NCBI RefSeq assembly: GCF_004010195.1 | Contig: NC_057718.1 | Coordinates: forward strand, 27,323,477-27,359,611 | DNA length: 36,135 nt | DNA from: Chiloscyllium plagiosum | Lineage: Eukaryota | Direction of reading: 5' to 3' | In this document: in pieces, positions 1 to 11,049 of the stretch | Numbering within the stretch: the stretch's first letter is position 1 | How the letters are laid out: every line of letters starts with the position of its first letter | Translations under genes and position numbers: made by a program | The notes under the pieces: model-generated | What the model saw: the letters and a program-made list of their open reading frames with translations, nothing else | Databases searched by the model: none | What the model was told of the DNA's origin: nothing

Positions 1-239
1 TTAAGAGCAAAGCAGACCATCAAAGATGAGGAAGAGAGGAAAGGCTAAATCAAGATGGAAAAATTATATTGTTTAATAAGCATCAACAGCTTTTTTTGTG
101 TGTCTCTAAGAGCATATTCTGGTTCATTGTAAAAAGAACCATAATTTACAACTCATTTCCCTTTTTTTCAAAATAGCAAACAAAAATTAATAAACACATA
201 TTTGCAGACAAAAGTGTACTTCAAACATATATTTCACAT

Positions 240-1010
240 TTCCAAGGTTTATGTCATGAGGCATCCTTCTTTGAGGGCTCCCTTTCTTTAGATCCTTTTG
301 ATAAAACAGTCCAAAAATTGATGACTTTATCCACCCTTCTCAGTTTCAATAGTTCTTTCCTATTTGACATTTGCTTTAGACTTGCTATATCTATGACTTT
401 TCTCATTTGCACTCTTTGTAGAAGGGATTAATGATCTATTATATCATTCTATATCTGTGATCCCTTCATATAACATTTTTTCCAAGATTTTGGATAAATA
501 GAAAGCCATGTCCGCTGCATCAACAAATAGAGGGGTTTTAGTATGTTCTTCACTACCTCATGTTCTTCTGGTTTCCTAGGCAGAAGGGTAACTTTTCTCA
601 TTATCTCCCATGAAGGATATTATGAACTGCACTGAAAAATACATCACCAAGATTGGCATGCAGGGCACTATTAAGATGGTTATTTTCATATTTTTGTAAT
701 CACCCAAAATTAGGAATTTCAGTGTACAATTTCCTATTTTTAATTTTTTAAAATGTTTTGTTTGCCCTTAAGATAAGTTCTATCATATCAAAGCTTGTTT
801 CAAGTCTCATATACATGCCTGACCAATCGACAAGGCCTTGCAACTGGCCTTTTTTAAATCTTTGAAGATCAGTTGTATCTTTATGTTCAGGCGTGGCATG
901 ATCAATCATGATGGGATTGGCACTTTCCAAATAAAATTGTTAATGTAAAGTCACATCTGACTCATCATGATTTATCTCCATACTAATGTATTTAACAGTA
1001 CCAAAGGCTG
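240..1010 (-). mobile_element. Decayed L1/Tx1-like ORF2 C-terminal region (zf-RVT-like), tentative
   Basis: The minus frame is nearly open over ~150 codons, interrupted by stops. It includes the 748-930 ORF and continues ...LGDVFFSAVHNILHG..(L)PFC, then after a frameshift EEHTKTPLFVD. This resembles the H..L / CPFC / ET..HLF..C zinc-knuckle motif. Confidence 0.35.
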
Positions 1011-1129
1011 ATTATCAATTTTAAATTCCTACCTGATTTGATTAATAACATTCTTTTCAAATTCATTCGTGCTATTTCCGCTCTTGAATTCAGCTCATTT
1101 GTTGATGTTTAGACTGAAGCTGTAATTAG

Positions 1130-1816
1130 ATCAGGAGCTGAGTGGCCCTTGTGGAATCCCAATTGAGCATTAGTGATCAAATTATTGTTGATTAAGAGTC
1201 ACTTAATGGTACAATTCATTATCCTTTCTGTCACTTTTGTGGATGATCAAGAGTAGACTGATAGGATGGTAATTAGCCTGGTTGGTTTTGACCATTTTTT
1301 TTTTGGTGAGGACATGCCTAGACAATGTTTCTATTTGTTGCATAGCTGCCAGTGTTGTAGCTATACAGGAACAGCTTGGTTTAAGGAACAGCTAGTTTTG
1401 GTGCAGAAGTCTTCAGAACTACTGTCAGAATGTTTTCAGGGCACATGGCCTTTGCAATATCCAGTTCCTTCAGCTGTTTCTTGATATCATGTAGAGTGAG
1501 TTGAATTATTTGAAACTTGCTATCTGATATATTCTAGACCTCGAGAGGAGACAGAGATGGATCGTCCACTTGGCACCACTGGCTGAAGATAGTTGTGGTA
1601 CTTCGGTCTTGTCTTTTGCACTGATGCACTTTTAGGGTTGTTTGTGGACCCTCCTTCTCTACCTCTTAGTTGTTTAATTTTGCATCACCACTCACAATTA
1701 GATGTGGCAGTACTGCAGAGTTTAGATTTGATCCATTGTTTGCAGGATCACTTAGCACTCTCACATGCTGCTTTGCTGTTTGGCACATGAGTAGTGTTAT
1801 AGCTTCAGTAGGCTGA
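1130..1816 (-). mobile_element. Decayed CR1/L2-group LINE (family B), RT N-terminal region, split by a Penelope insertion
   Basis: The minus strand near 1240-1290 reads NQANYHPISLLLII, matching the NYRPISLL RT motif. It is homologous by eye to 22430-22950 and appears to resume at 3577-3760 after the PLE target-site duplication. Confidence 0.7.
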
Positions 1817-1887
1817 CTTCTTATTTTTAGTTGAAACTTTATTGCTGGAACAGCACAGCAGGTCAGGCAGCATCCAGGGAACAGGAG

Positions 1888-1923
1888 ATTCGACGTTTCG
1901 GGCACAGGCCCTTCTTCAGGAAT
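1888..1923 (-). ncRNA. Minimal type I hammerhead ribozyme motif in the inverted pLTR arm
   Basis: Minus strand reads auuc-CUGAAGA-a-gggc-cugu-gccc-GAAA-cGUC-gaau: intact core, 4-bp helix I, 4-bp helix II, palindromic ACGU helix III. Confidence 0.8.
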
Positions 1924-2153
1924 GAGCAGAGAGTGTTCAGCAGGAGAAGATAAAAGGTAGGGAGGAGGGACTTGGAGGAGGGGCGTTGGAAATGTGATAG
2001 GTGGAAAGAGGTCAGGGAGGAGGGACTTGGAGGAGGGGCGTTGGAAATGTGATAGGTGGAAAGAGGTCAAGGTGAGGGTGATAGGTCGGAGTAGGATGGA
2101 GGCGGAGAGGTCAAGAAGAAGACTGCAGGTCAGGAAGGCGGTGCCGGGCTGGA

Positions 2154-2530
2154 GGCCCCAAAGGAAACTTCCATATCCGCCACAGATTCACCTGCACCTC
2201 CACCCACATCATCTACTGCATCCGCTGCAGCCGGTGTGGCCTCCTCTATATCGGGGAGACAGGCCGCCTACTTGCGGAGCGATTCAGAGAGCACCTCTGG
2301 GCCACCCGGACGAACCAACCCAACCAACCTGTAGCACAGCATTTCAACTCCCCCTCCCACTCCACCGAGGATATGCAGGTCATTGGACTCAACCACCGCC
2401 AAACCACAACAACCCGACGGTCGGAGGAGGAGCGTCTTATCTTCCGACTGGGAACCCTCCAACCACAGGGGATGAACTTGGACTCCACCAGTCTCTTCAT
2501 CCCCCCTCCCCCCACCTTGTCTCAGCCGAA
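2154..2530 (+). pseudogene. Penelope GIY-YIG endonuclease domain fragment
   Basis: The frame from 2154 reads GPKGNFHIRHRFTCTSTHIIYCIRCSRCGLLYIGETGRLLAERFREH...HFNSPSH...EEERLIFRLGTLQPQGMN. This is the IIY/CxxC/YIG pattern of PLE endonucleases. Confidence 0.9.
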
Positions 2531-2798
2531 ATGGTCGGAGGAGGAGCGTCTTATCTTCCGACTGGGAACCCTCCAACCACAGGGGATGAACTTGGACTTC
2601 ACCAGTTTCTTCATCCCCCCTCCCCCCACCTTGTCTCAGCCGAATCCCTCCAGCCCGGCACCACCTTCCTGACCTGCAGTCTTCTTCTTGACCTCTCCGC
2701 CTCCATCCTACTCCGACCTACCACCGTCACCTTGACCTCTTTCCACCTATCACATTTCCAACGCCCCTCCTCCAAGTCCCTCCTCCCTACCTTTTATC

Positions 2799-3273
2799 NN
2801 NNNNNNNNNNNNNNNNNNNNNNNNNNNNNNNNNNNNNNNNNNNNNNNNNNNNNNNNNNNNNNNNNNNNNNNNNNNNNNNNNNNNNNNNNNNNNNNNNNNN
2901 NNNNNNNNNNNNNNNNNNNNNNNNNNNNNNNNNNNNNNNNNNNNNNNNNNNNNNNNNNNNNNNNNNNNNNNNNNNNNNNNNNNNNNNNNNNNNNNNNNNN
3001 NNNNNNNNNNNNNNNNNNNNNNNNNNNNNNNNNNNNNNNNNNNNNNNNNNNNNNNNNNNNNNNNNNNNNNNNNNNNNNNNNNNNNNNNNNNNNNNNNNNN
3101 NNNNNNNNNNNNNNNNNNNNNNNNNNNNNNNNNNNNNNNNNNNNNNNNNNNNNNNNNNNNNNNNNNNNNNNNNNNNNNNNNNNNNNNNNNNNNNNNNNNN
3201 NNNNNNNNNNNNNNNNNNNNNNNNNNNNNNNNNNNNNNNNNNNNNNNNNNNNNNNNNNNNNNNNNNNNNNNNN
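2799..3273. other. Assembly gap (N run)
   Basis: Run of n. The sequence after the gap repeats ~2665-2798. Confidence 1.
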
Positions 3274-3434
3274 GCCTTCCTGACCTGTAGTCTTCTTCTT
3301 GACCTCTCCGCCTCCGTCCTACTCCGACCTATCACCCTCACCTTGACCTCTTTCCACCTATCACATTTCCAACTCCCCTCCTCCAAGTCCCTCCTCCCTA
3401 CCTTTTATCTTCTCCTGCTGAACACTCTCTGCTC

Positions 3435-3470
3435 ATTCCTGAAGAAGGGCCTGTGCCCGAAACGTCGAAT
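3435..3470 (+). ncRNA. Minimal type I hammerhead ribozyme motif in pLTR
   Basis: attc-ctgaaga-a-gggc-ctgt-gccc-gaaa-cgtc-gaat, with predicted cleavage after GUC at 3466. Confidence 0.8.
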
Positions 3471-3760
3471 CTCCTGTTCCCTGGATGCTGCCTGACCTGC
3501 TGTGCTGTTCCAGCAATAAAGTTTCAACTTTGATCTCCAGCATCTGCAGACCTCACTTTCTCCTTCTTATTTTTAGGTAAGCCTGGTGCTGCTCCTGGCA
3601 TGCTGTCCTGCAGTTTTCCTTGAACCAGAGTTGATCCCGAGGCTTGATGGGCAATGTTAGAGTGAGGAATATGTTGGGCCAAGAGTTTACAGGTTGTAGC
3701 TGAATATAATTCTAATGCTGCTGAGGGCAATTTCAGCTGTGTTGTCAGCACTCCTATTTT

Positions 3761-3852
3761 CATTCCTGAAGAAGGGCTTATGCCCGAAACGTCGATTCTC
3801 CTGTTCCCTGGATGCTGCCTGACCTGCTGCGCTTTTCCGGCAACAAATTTCC
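3761..3852 (+). mobile_element. Solo Penelope pLTR fragment with hammerhead motif (3762-3796)
   Basis: attcctgaagaagggcttatgcccgaaacgtcgattctcctgttccctggatgctgcctgacctgctgcgc, the same family as the 29624-29822 palindrome. Confidence 0.85.
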
Positions 3853-4129
3853 GAATCTGTTTATTCAGTTTATTATTTTACCTACCAGTTTTGAAGATTT
3901 CAAATTAAGATTTTTCTTGAGGAAGAAATAAATTATAGTTATTTTCACTTGCTCTTAACTCTAATTTTTCTCATGTGTAGCAAAAAATAACAATATATTC
4001 TGGCAATTTTAATGTCTTGGCAGAATCAAGAAGGTATGTTGTGACAGTCAAATATCTCATTTTGTATATGTTAGCACTCAAAGCAAACAATGGGTGGAAT
4101 TGTTCTCACTCGCTGAACATTTTGTGGTA

Positions 4130-4248
4130 GATATTTTATAATCAACCTGTTCAGTGATGCTATATCATGCTGCTGGAGCAAGTGGGACTTGAACTTGGGT
4201 CTCCTGTTTTAGAGGTAGGGACACTAAAAACACTGTTCCACAAGCACC
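4130..4248 (-). mobile_element. Decayed tRNA-derived SINE head
   Basis: The minus strand has an A-box-like start (gtggaacagtg) and a B-box-like gttcaagtccc. Confidence 0.45.
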
Positions 4249-4593
4249 CTCAGCACTTCGGGTATGCAAGTAAATGAGCCTGTAGCAGCTGCCTCCAGAT
4301 TTTCTGAAAAAAACACTTCCATTACATTGAACATTACAAACTTAGTTATTTGGAAAGGAAGTAGTTGCCAAGATTACCATTTTTCTCACCCATTAGTGTT
4401 GAATTTGTGTTATCAAAATTTGACTAAAGCGAAACAAACACATTTTAAATATGTTTCTTGGAAAGAAAGTATGACTGTGTTATTCCATTAGTCCATTCGG
4501 ACTTGAACCCTAGCTATAGTGGTGAATACTATGTGCCTAAACTGGATATAAATCAGCCATGAATTTATAAAGAAATGTTATAAATCATGATAC

Positions 4594-5430
4594 ATGGGCT
4601 GAGACGTGGCAGATGGAGTTTAATTCAGATAAATGTGAGGTGCTGCATTTTGGGAAAGCAAATCTTAACAGGATTTAAACACTTAATGCTAAGGTCCTGG
4701 GGAGTGTTGCTGAACAAAGAGACCTTGGAATGCAGGTTCATAGCTCCTTGAAAGTGGAGTTGCAGGTAGATAGGATAGTGAAGAAGCCGTTTGGTGTACT
4801 TTCCTTTATTGGTCAGAGTATTGAGTACAGGAGTTGGGAGGTCATGTTGCGGCTGTACAGGACATTGGTTAGGCCACTGTTGGAATATTGTGTGCAATTC
4901 TGGTCTCCTTCCTATCAGAAATATGTTGTGAAACTTGAAAGGGTTCAGAAAAGATTTACAAAGATGTTGCCAGGGTTAGAGGGTTTGAGCTACAGGGAGA
5001 GGCTGAACAGGCTGGGGCTGTTTTCCCTGGAGCGTCGGAGGCTGAGGGATGACCTTATAGAGGTTTACAAAATTATGAGGGGGCATGGATAGGATAAATA
5101 GACAAAGTCTTTTCCCTGGGGTTGGGGAATCCAGAACTAGAGGGCATAGGTTTAGGGTGAGAGGGGAAAGATATATAAGAGACCTAAGGGGCAACTTTTT
5201 CATGCAGAGGGTGGTACGTGTATGGAATGAGCTGCCAGAAGATGTGGTGGAGGCTGGTACAATTGCAACATTTAAGAGGCATTTTGATGGGTATATGAAT
5301 AGGAAGGGTTTGGAGGGATATGAGCCGGGCGCTGGCAGGTGGGTCTAGATTGGGTTGGGATATCTGGTTGGCATGGACGGGTTGGACCGAAGGGTTTGTT
5401 TCCATGCTGTACATCTCTATGACTCTATGA
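4594..5430 (+). mobile_element. 5'-truncated CR1 LINE (HER1-like), ORF2 C-terminus and 3' UTR
   Basis: WAETWQMEFN..KCEVLHFG, LYRTLVRPLLEYCVQFWSP, LGLFSLERRRLRDDLIEVYKIM, then a frameshift near 5080 into RTRGHRFRVRGE..RVVRVWNELP. It ends in a ctctatga repeat. Confidence 0.95.
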
Positions 5431-7013
5431 CAAAGTGATCAGTTTGAGTGATTACTCTCATCAAAATAAAAAGTGATCAGACTCAGAGACACTCTTCACT
5501 AACATCAAATGTATTGCTGAAATTAGCAGAAAATGTAAAGGTTCAGGCCTAAACAAAATCTGCCTGCAAATTCCCATTTGCCCGCTAATCCGGCTGGAGT
5601 TGATAATGAGAGTCTTTTGCACTCGCATGGATGCTCAGATTGCACTGGAAGCTGTACAGGTGCTGCATTTAAATTACCTGATCTCATGTTGAAATTTTCT
5701 GGCCTCATGCTCCAGAAAGGAGTTAACAGTGACTTCAATGTGATTAATACACATTACATCAATAATATTTGAAAAAGTAGATAAAAGGTGGGGAAATTAA
5801 ATCATTAGGATGACACTGATTGAAGTTGGTGGTTCTTTGTCAACTATGAAGAAGCAATTTGTTCAATTCTCATTAATTGAAAAATCTGTCACATCCATTT
5901 GTTGAGATGTCTGATCACTTGCTTATGAACAGACATGTTTAAGGTGAAGGCTGTGAGACAGGTTGATAAAGAAAGCTTTTTTTCAGAATGGGTAAAGATA
6001 GCCAGAAGTTTAGATAATTGGCTTTGCTAAGACTGCACGATCAGAAATGATGAAAATGGGACAACAACCTAAAGTCCAATAAGTTTCCCCATGAATTAAT
6101 ACATAGTTAAAATTGCAGGGCAGAACCTTGTGACCTCCACTGTGGTGAGTTTGCCAGCACTGCCTGAATGAAGGCCAGAGGAAGCCTTGCAAGATAGAGC
6201 CTTGCCATGCTTGAGTGGGCAATTATACCCAATCATGGCCTCATCCCACTGGTAGTAAGGCTGCAACAGGTGAAGATTTCATCTTGAAGAAATTATGACA
6301 AGTAAAACAATGCATGTTTGCTTGCAGCCACTGGAGGATGGGAGTGGGATAAGAACATTGTTCAAAGTTACTGAGTGGGACGAGGGCAGGGGCAATCCAG
6401 CATCAGCAAGAGGATCCTGCTGGGAGTCAATCCCCCAGATCTTTGCTGCCAAACCCTTCCCCTATGACCCTAATCCTGTCTTTACCTACCAATGTCTGGA
6501 TGCTTCCTCAATGTGAGGCCTCAGATGAGTGGAGTAACAACTGGAAGCAATGCTGATTAACCAATGGTTTTTAATTGGCAAGTCCATCTGGGACTCACTG
6601 TTCCTGAGGGAACACCCACCAAGTACCTGAATGGCACAAAATATGGCCACCTTCTCACAAAAGAGTGGCACAGGCTTTTGCTGGCTCTCCTTCAGGCTAA
6701 TGAGATCCCTATTGTCTCAATTAGATTCCATCAATTGTGCCCATTCTGCATTCAAACAAAATAAACAGAAAATTGTCCTGTTTTCATTAATATAACTTCC
6801 AGTCTGCACAGTCACCTTACAGTAAGATAAAGCAACTTATCAATTTATCTGTCCTTATCGTGCTGCAAGTTTGGATAGATTACTGAAGTGCAAGTGAGAA
6901 AGACAAATATTTTGTTGAGGTACATCACTACTACACAAGCAAAGTACACACGTAAGGCGGGGAGAATCAATAGGTAAGAAACTTCTCACTGCACATTTTA
7001 GGGACTGATATTT

Positions 7014-7308
7014 GGGGTGGCATGGTGGCTCAGTAATTAGTGCTGCTACCTCACAGCACCAGGGACCCAGGTTAAATTCCAGCCATGGGTGACTGTATGC
7101 AGTTTGCACATTCTCCCCATGTCTGTGTTGGGGGTGCTCTGGTTTCCTTCCACAGTCCAAAGATGTGCAGATTAGGTAAATTGGCCATTGCTAAATTGCC
7201 AATGGTGTTAGGTACATTAGTCAGAGGGAAATGGATCTCTTTGGAGAGTCGGTCTGGACTTATTGGGCTGAAGGGCCTGTTTCCACACTGTAGGGAATCT
7301 AATCTAAT
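7014..7308 (+). mobile_element. HE1-type V-SINE
   Basis: tRNA-like head (ggtggctcagt...ggttaaattcc), V-domain core gtttgcacattctcccc...cacagtccaaagatgtgcag, CR1-like tail gggctgaagggcctgtttcc and an (aatct)n end. Confidence 0.88.
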
Positions 7309-7364
7309 ATCTCAGTGCTCTATCTTGCACATTATTTTACTTTTATTACAATTATTACAAGAGG

Positions 7365-7600
7365 CATAGAATATTAAAGTAGAAATATTTTGCAGAATTG
7401 TGCAGTGGCATTGGTAAGACCCCATTTGGTGTACTGTGTGCAGCTTTGGCCATCTTATTTAAGAAATGACATAATTGCATTAGAACCTGTTTGGAGAAAG
7501 TTCAATTGGCTGACTCCTGGGATGACGTGGTAATCTAATGAGGAAAAGTTAGGCAGGTTGCATGTGTATCTATTGGAATAAGAGGAATGAAATGTGATTC
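7365..7600 (+). mobile_element. Old CR1 fragment
   Basis: gcattggtaagaccccatttggtgtactgtgtgcagctttgg encodes ALVRPHLVYCVQLW, homologous to the CR1 at 4860-4905. Confidence 0.7.
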
Positions 7601-8019
7601 AAGTCTCTTTTCTCCTTTAAGACCCTCTTTACCATCAATGCTTTTGACCAATTTATACCCATGCTCCCAATGTATCATTTATTGGCTGTATTAATCTTTG
7701 TCTATTTATGCTTCTCTGAAGCCTCTTATATGATGTTGTAAAAAGATGCTATGATGACCCTTGGTAGCTTTGAAAAGAGAGGATGAACAGTTGAATTCTC
7801 AGAACTGCTATGATCTTCCAAAGTTGCACTGAGACACACCCATTCACAAATTAATGAGCTGTTTCACGGTAAGGTGAATCTGCAGAAGGAATTGAAGTTA
7901 TGATTTCTCTTGCAAATGCTTTTCTGACATTTTATTGTTTTATGCCAGATTTTGGAGTGTTTCCCTCATTTTGCTTGAGAGAAAGGAAAAAGAAGAGGAG
8001 GCATAATAAAAGCAAACTA

Positions 8020-8200
8020 TTCTTGGAAATTTGAAATAAAAGTAGAAAGTGGTGAGAATACTTAACAGGTCTGGCAGAATCTATGGAGGGAGAGAAACAG
8101 AGTTAATGTTTCAAGGTGAATATGACACTGGTATATTCTGATGAGTCATATCCATTTTAAAATGTTAGATGCATTTCTCTTTCCATGAATACTGCCCAAC
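8020..8200. mobile_element. Old degenerate Penelope-pLTR palindrome
   Basis: Imperfect inverted arms (ggcagaatctatggagggagagaaac...atatgac / gtcatatcc...tttctctttccatgaatactgcc) surround a residual ctgatga. Confidence 0.55.
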
Positions 8201-8214
8201 ACAATGAGGCATAT

Positions 8215-8540
8215 TTGACTACACCAAAGTTGGAATGCCCTTACTTGCCTTTACTCTGCTACTGAATCACAAGAGACAGGAGCGTCAGGGCAGGAATGTA
8301 AATAAAATTGACTTATTCAGATGCACTTTCACCAAAGAGGCAGCAACACAGTTGTGTGGTCTGCTGGAAGATAACTTATATGAAGCTTCCAACAGCAGTG
8401 ATAGTAGCAGTCAAGGTCACCACAGCCATGATCTTTTGTGGCTCAAATTCATTGCCAGCTCCCACAAGACAAAAATATCAGCAACCAACAGTGTACAGTG
8501 CACACATCCATCAAGTATGTCACTGGCAGTCATGCATTGT
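8215..8540 (+). mobile_element. Decayed PIF/Harbinger transposase, N-terminal part
   Basis: Frameshifted FTKEAATQLCGLLEDNL and VIVAVKVTTAMIFCGSNS resemble the HARBI1-like F.KE.V.ELC.LL and PV.VKV..AL.F.A.GS motifs. Confidence 0.55.
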
Positions 8541-9359
8541 TCTTCAGGGTAGACACCTTCACTTTCCACATGCAAAATTGGATCCATAAAAGACAGGCTA
8601 TCACAATCGTTTGTCCTTGCAGGATAATCTATTAGCCACTGAAGTATTGATGGCATCCATATGTTCATCTGGACTCCCATATGTAACTCACTTAACTTCA
8701 TAGATCAGGTGGGACTAATGTTCATGTATGTCTTCAGTACCAACAATGCAGGACTGTACAGATTAGCACTCAATTTCCATTCAGCTATGGGCAGGTACAA
8801 GAAGACAGGCATGATGATCCCAATTTTGATCAAGTGAGGCTGATTCTGGAGCCATTTAAAATTGGTGGTGGGATCCTATTTTCACGAATCCATCCATTTC
8901 TGGTGCTACCAGTTTTCACCAGCACAGGATAATTGTACAGATAATGAGCCCCACTCTAAACTGCACTTCCGACCTGGCCAGATTCATTGCAGGGTTTACA
9001 TCTGAGACCCACACAACCCTCCATGTTTGGTGGAGTCAGGCTCTCGAGGACATGTGGTACACACCCTTCAGATGAGTTGTGAACTATAATATGTAATCAG
9101 GAACCTATTGAAAGCTTGGTTTCAATGGTCTTATCCATTTATTCCCTGCTCCCTGTATGTTTTATCCATGATCAATTACCTCTATCGCCACCATGCCATC
9201 TTCATAATCTCAATGTCATCTCTATACCCATTCACCCAGGGTATACAATGAACAGAATCAATGAGTAATACAATAACAATGGCAAATGTTGAAATGCTGA
9301 GGGAAATGAAACAGAATCTGCAATCTGACAAGGAAGTCAATCAGACAGAACCATTATAC

Positions 9360-9760
9360 TGTATATAAAATTATGAGGGGCATAGACAAGGTTGACAGGA
9401 AGAAACCTATCTGCTTGGTGGAGGGATCAATGACCAGTCACATAGATTTATAACAAGGGGCAGGAGTTTTAGAGGGGATTGAGGTAAGTTGTAGACCAAA
9501 TAGGTGAACAGAACGCACAGCAGAGAGACTCTTCTCAATTGATAACACCAGAACTGAGGAAATGTCTTTTCATTCGGTGGAAATCTGGAACTCACTGTTA
9601 TTAAGGGTGGCAGAGATAGAAGCTGTCATAAGATTTAAGAAGTATGTAGATGTACACTTGTGATGCCAAGTCATACAAGGCATTAGAATAGTCAGATTGA
9701 TTTTTTTCTTGACGCAGACTAAAGGGATTTTACTTTGGCTGTCGGCCTCTATGATTCAAT
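9360..9760 (+). mobile_element. Old CR1 3' fragment interrupted by a 70-bp templated insert
   Basis: gtatataaaattatgaggggcatagac (VYKIMRGID), tggaactcactg and tttaagaagtatgtagatgtacacttg are collinear with the CR1 at 5060-5430. Confidence 0.75.
9489..9558. repeat. 70-bp inverted copy of 10891-10960
   Basis: 69/70 identical to the reverse complement of 10891-10960. Confidence 0.97.
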
Positions 9761-9996
9761 AACTTGCTGACCTGAGCTGCTTATCTCAGGAAAAGGAAAC
9801 CAACCCAATTATTATATCTTTTTAAAGAGTCTGGGTGGCTACAAGCATTAGCACGAGTTGATGAAGACTAGATTTGAAGTGCTCAGTAGCAATAAGCTGC
9901 CATGCATAAATGCTTTCATGGACTCATCTGCAATCACTGTCTCATCCATAATGACAGTAACATTTCTGATGATGGCAGAAGACTTTATTGTGTGTA

Positions 9997-10728
9997 CAAA
10001 GTTAAAAATCACACAACACCAGGTTATAGTCCAACAGGTTTAATTGGAAGCACACTAGCTTTCAGAGCGACGCTCCTTCATCAGGTGATTGTGGAGGGCT
10101 CGATCGTAACACAGAATTTATAGCAAAAATTTGCAGTGTGATGTAACTGAAATTATACATTGAAGAATTGATTGTCTGTTAAGCCTTTCATCTGTTAGAA
10201 TACAGTGGTAGTTTCATTTCTTTCATGTGTAAATCACAAAACCCTTTTTTTTAAAGTTGCCTTCTCGGGTTAGCTGTTAACAATGGTGATAGCTAGACAA
10301 TATGTTGAAGGTGTTAGCCCCCTGTGTTCTCTGTCTATGACCTGATGTTTAGATTGATTCCAATCTAAAAAATGAGCTAACAGAGTTTTACATAAATTCA
10401 TGCAGTTTTTGAGCTCAGAGTTCTACATGAATGTTTGTGGTTTTTGAGCAAAGTGCAATGTAACTCTGAAAGTAACAAAAAAATTCACCACACAAAATAT
10501 ATGTGTGCATGTGGGTTTTTGTCTGTCTGTGTGTGTGTCTGTCTGGGGTGGGCCCTCCCTATGGGTACCGAACTTAGCTATCAGCCTCTGCTCGGCCACT
10601 TTTCTCTGCTGCCTGTCCCGAAGTCCACCTTGGAGGATGGTCACCCAAAGGTCCGAGGCTGAATGTCCTGGACCACTGAAGTGTTCCCCAACTGGGAGGG
10701 AACCCTCCTGTCTGTTGATTGTTGTGCA
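9997..10728 (-). mobile_element. Truncated Penelope-like element, second lineage (GIY-YIG C-terminus and pLTR)
   Basis: Minus ORF TILQGGLRDRQQRKVAEQRLIAKFGTHREG is a GIY-YIG C-terminus. There is a (TG)-rich tract, a hammerhead motif, and a 12-bp TSD ttattgtgtgta at 9985-9996 and 10729-10740. Confidence 0.85.
10053..10087 (-). ncRNA. Minimal type I hammerhead motif, second PLE lineage
   Basis: Minus strand reads cac-CUGAUGA-a-ggagc-guc-gcucu-GAAA-gCUA-gug, with a palindromic AGCU helix III and a 3-bp helix I. Confidence 0.7.
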
Positions 10729-11049
10729 TTATTGTGTGTATGCATTGTGGGCCTAATCAAGATTATATTTATTATTAGTATTATTTTTATTTTTCATTTG
10801 ACAATGAGGATATAGGCATTGCTGCTTTATGGATATGCATGTGAAGCTTTGAAAGAAATATAATATCTATGAGGTCTTTTAACAGAAGATCTCAGTTCTG
10901 GTGTTATCAATTGAGAAGTGTCTCTCTGCTGTGCGTTCTGTTCACCTATTTGGTCTACAAAAACACCTTGGCAGATCTCCTGTGATTATTCATTCTTTTC
11001 CTCATTTATTTTTCTTGTCTTTAGGGTTTTGGATGTAGCATTAATTCTA

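Larger units (their letters stand above)
1831..3562 (+). mobile_element. 5'-truncated Penelope-like element: inverted 3'/pLTR arm, GIY-YIG end, pLTR
   Basis: 1831-2155 is the reverse complement of the element's 3' end. GIY-YIG coding starts at 2154. A 14-bp TSD cttcttatttttag lies at 1817-1830 and 3563-3576, and a ~34-nt tail is present only at the right end. Confidence 0.92.

Noticed and set aside
1994..3386. Long ORFs of 429 aa and 199 aa
   Set aside because: They are inflated by the N gap and read off-frame or antisense Penelope sequence.
3274..3408. Apparent tandem repeat of 2665-2798 across the gap
   Set aside because: It flanks an N gap and cannot be told apart from unmerged contig overlap, although a real tandem pLTR is possible.
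6118..6742. Possible Harbinger-type MITE (gggcagaa...ttgtgccc ends)
   Set aside because: The terminal match is too short and there is no matching TSD.
7014..7090. tRNA gene
   Set aside because: This is the tRNA-derived head of a SINE, followed by the V core and LINE tail. The same applies at 35340-35413 and 4130-4248.
9489..10960. 70-bp inverted repeats as TIRs of a 1.5-kb DNA transposon
   Set aside because: CR1 sequence continues on both sides of the left copy, and no TSD flanks the pair.
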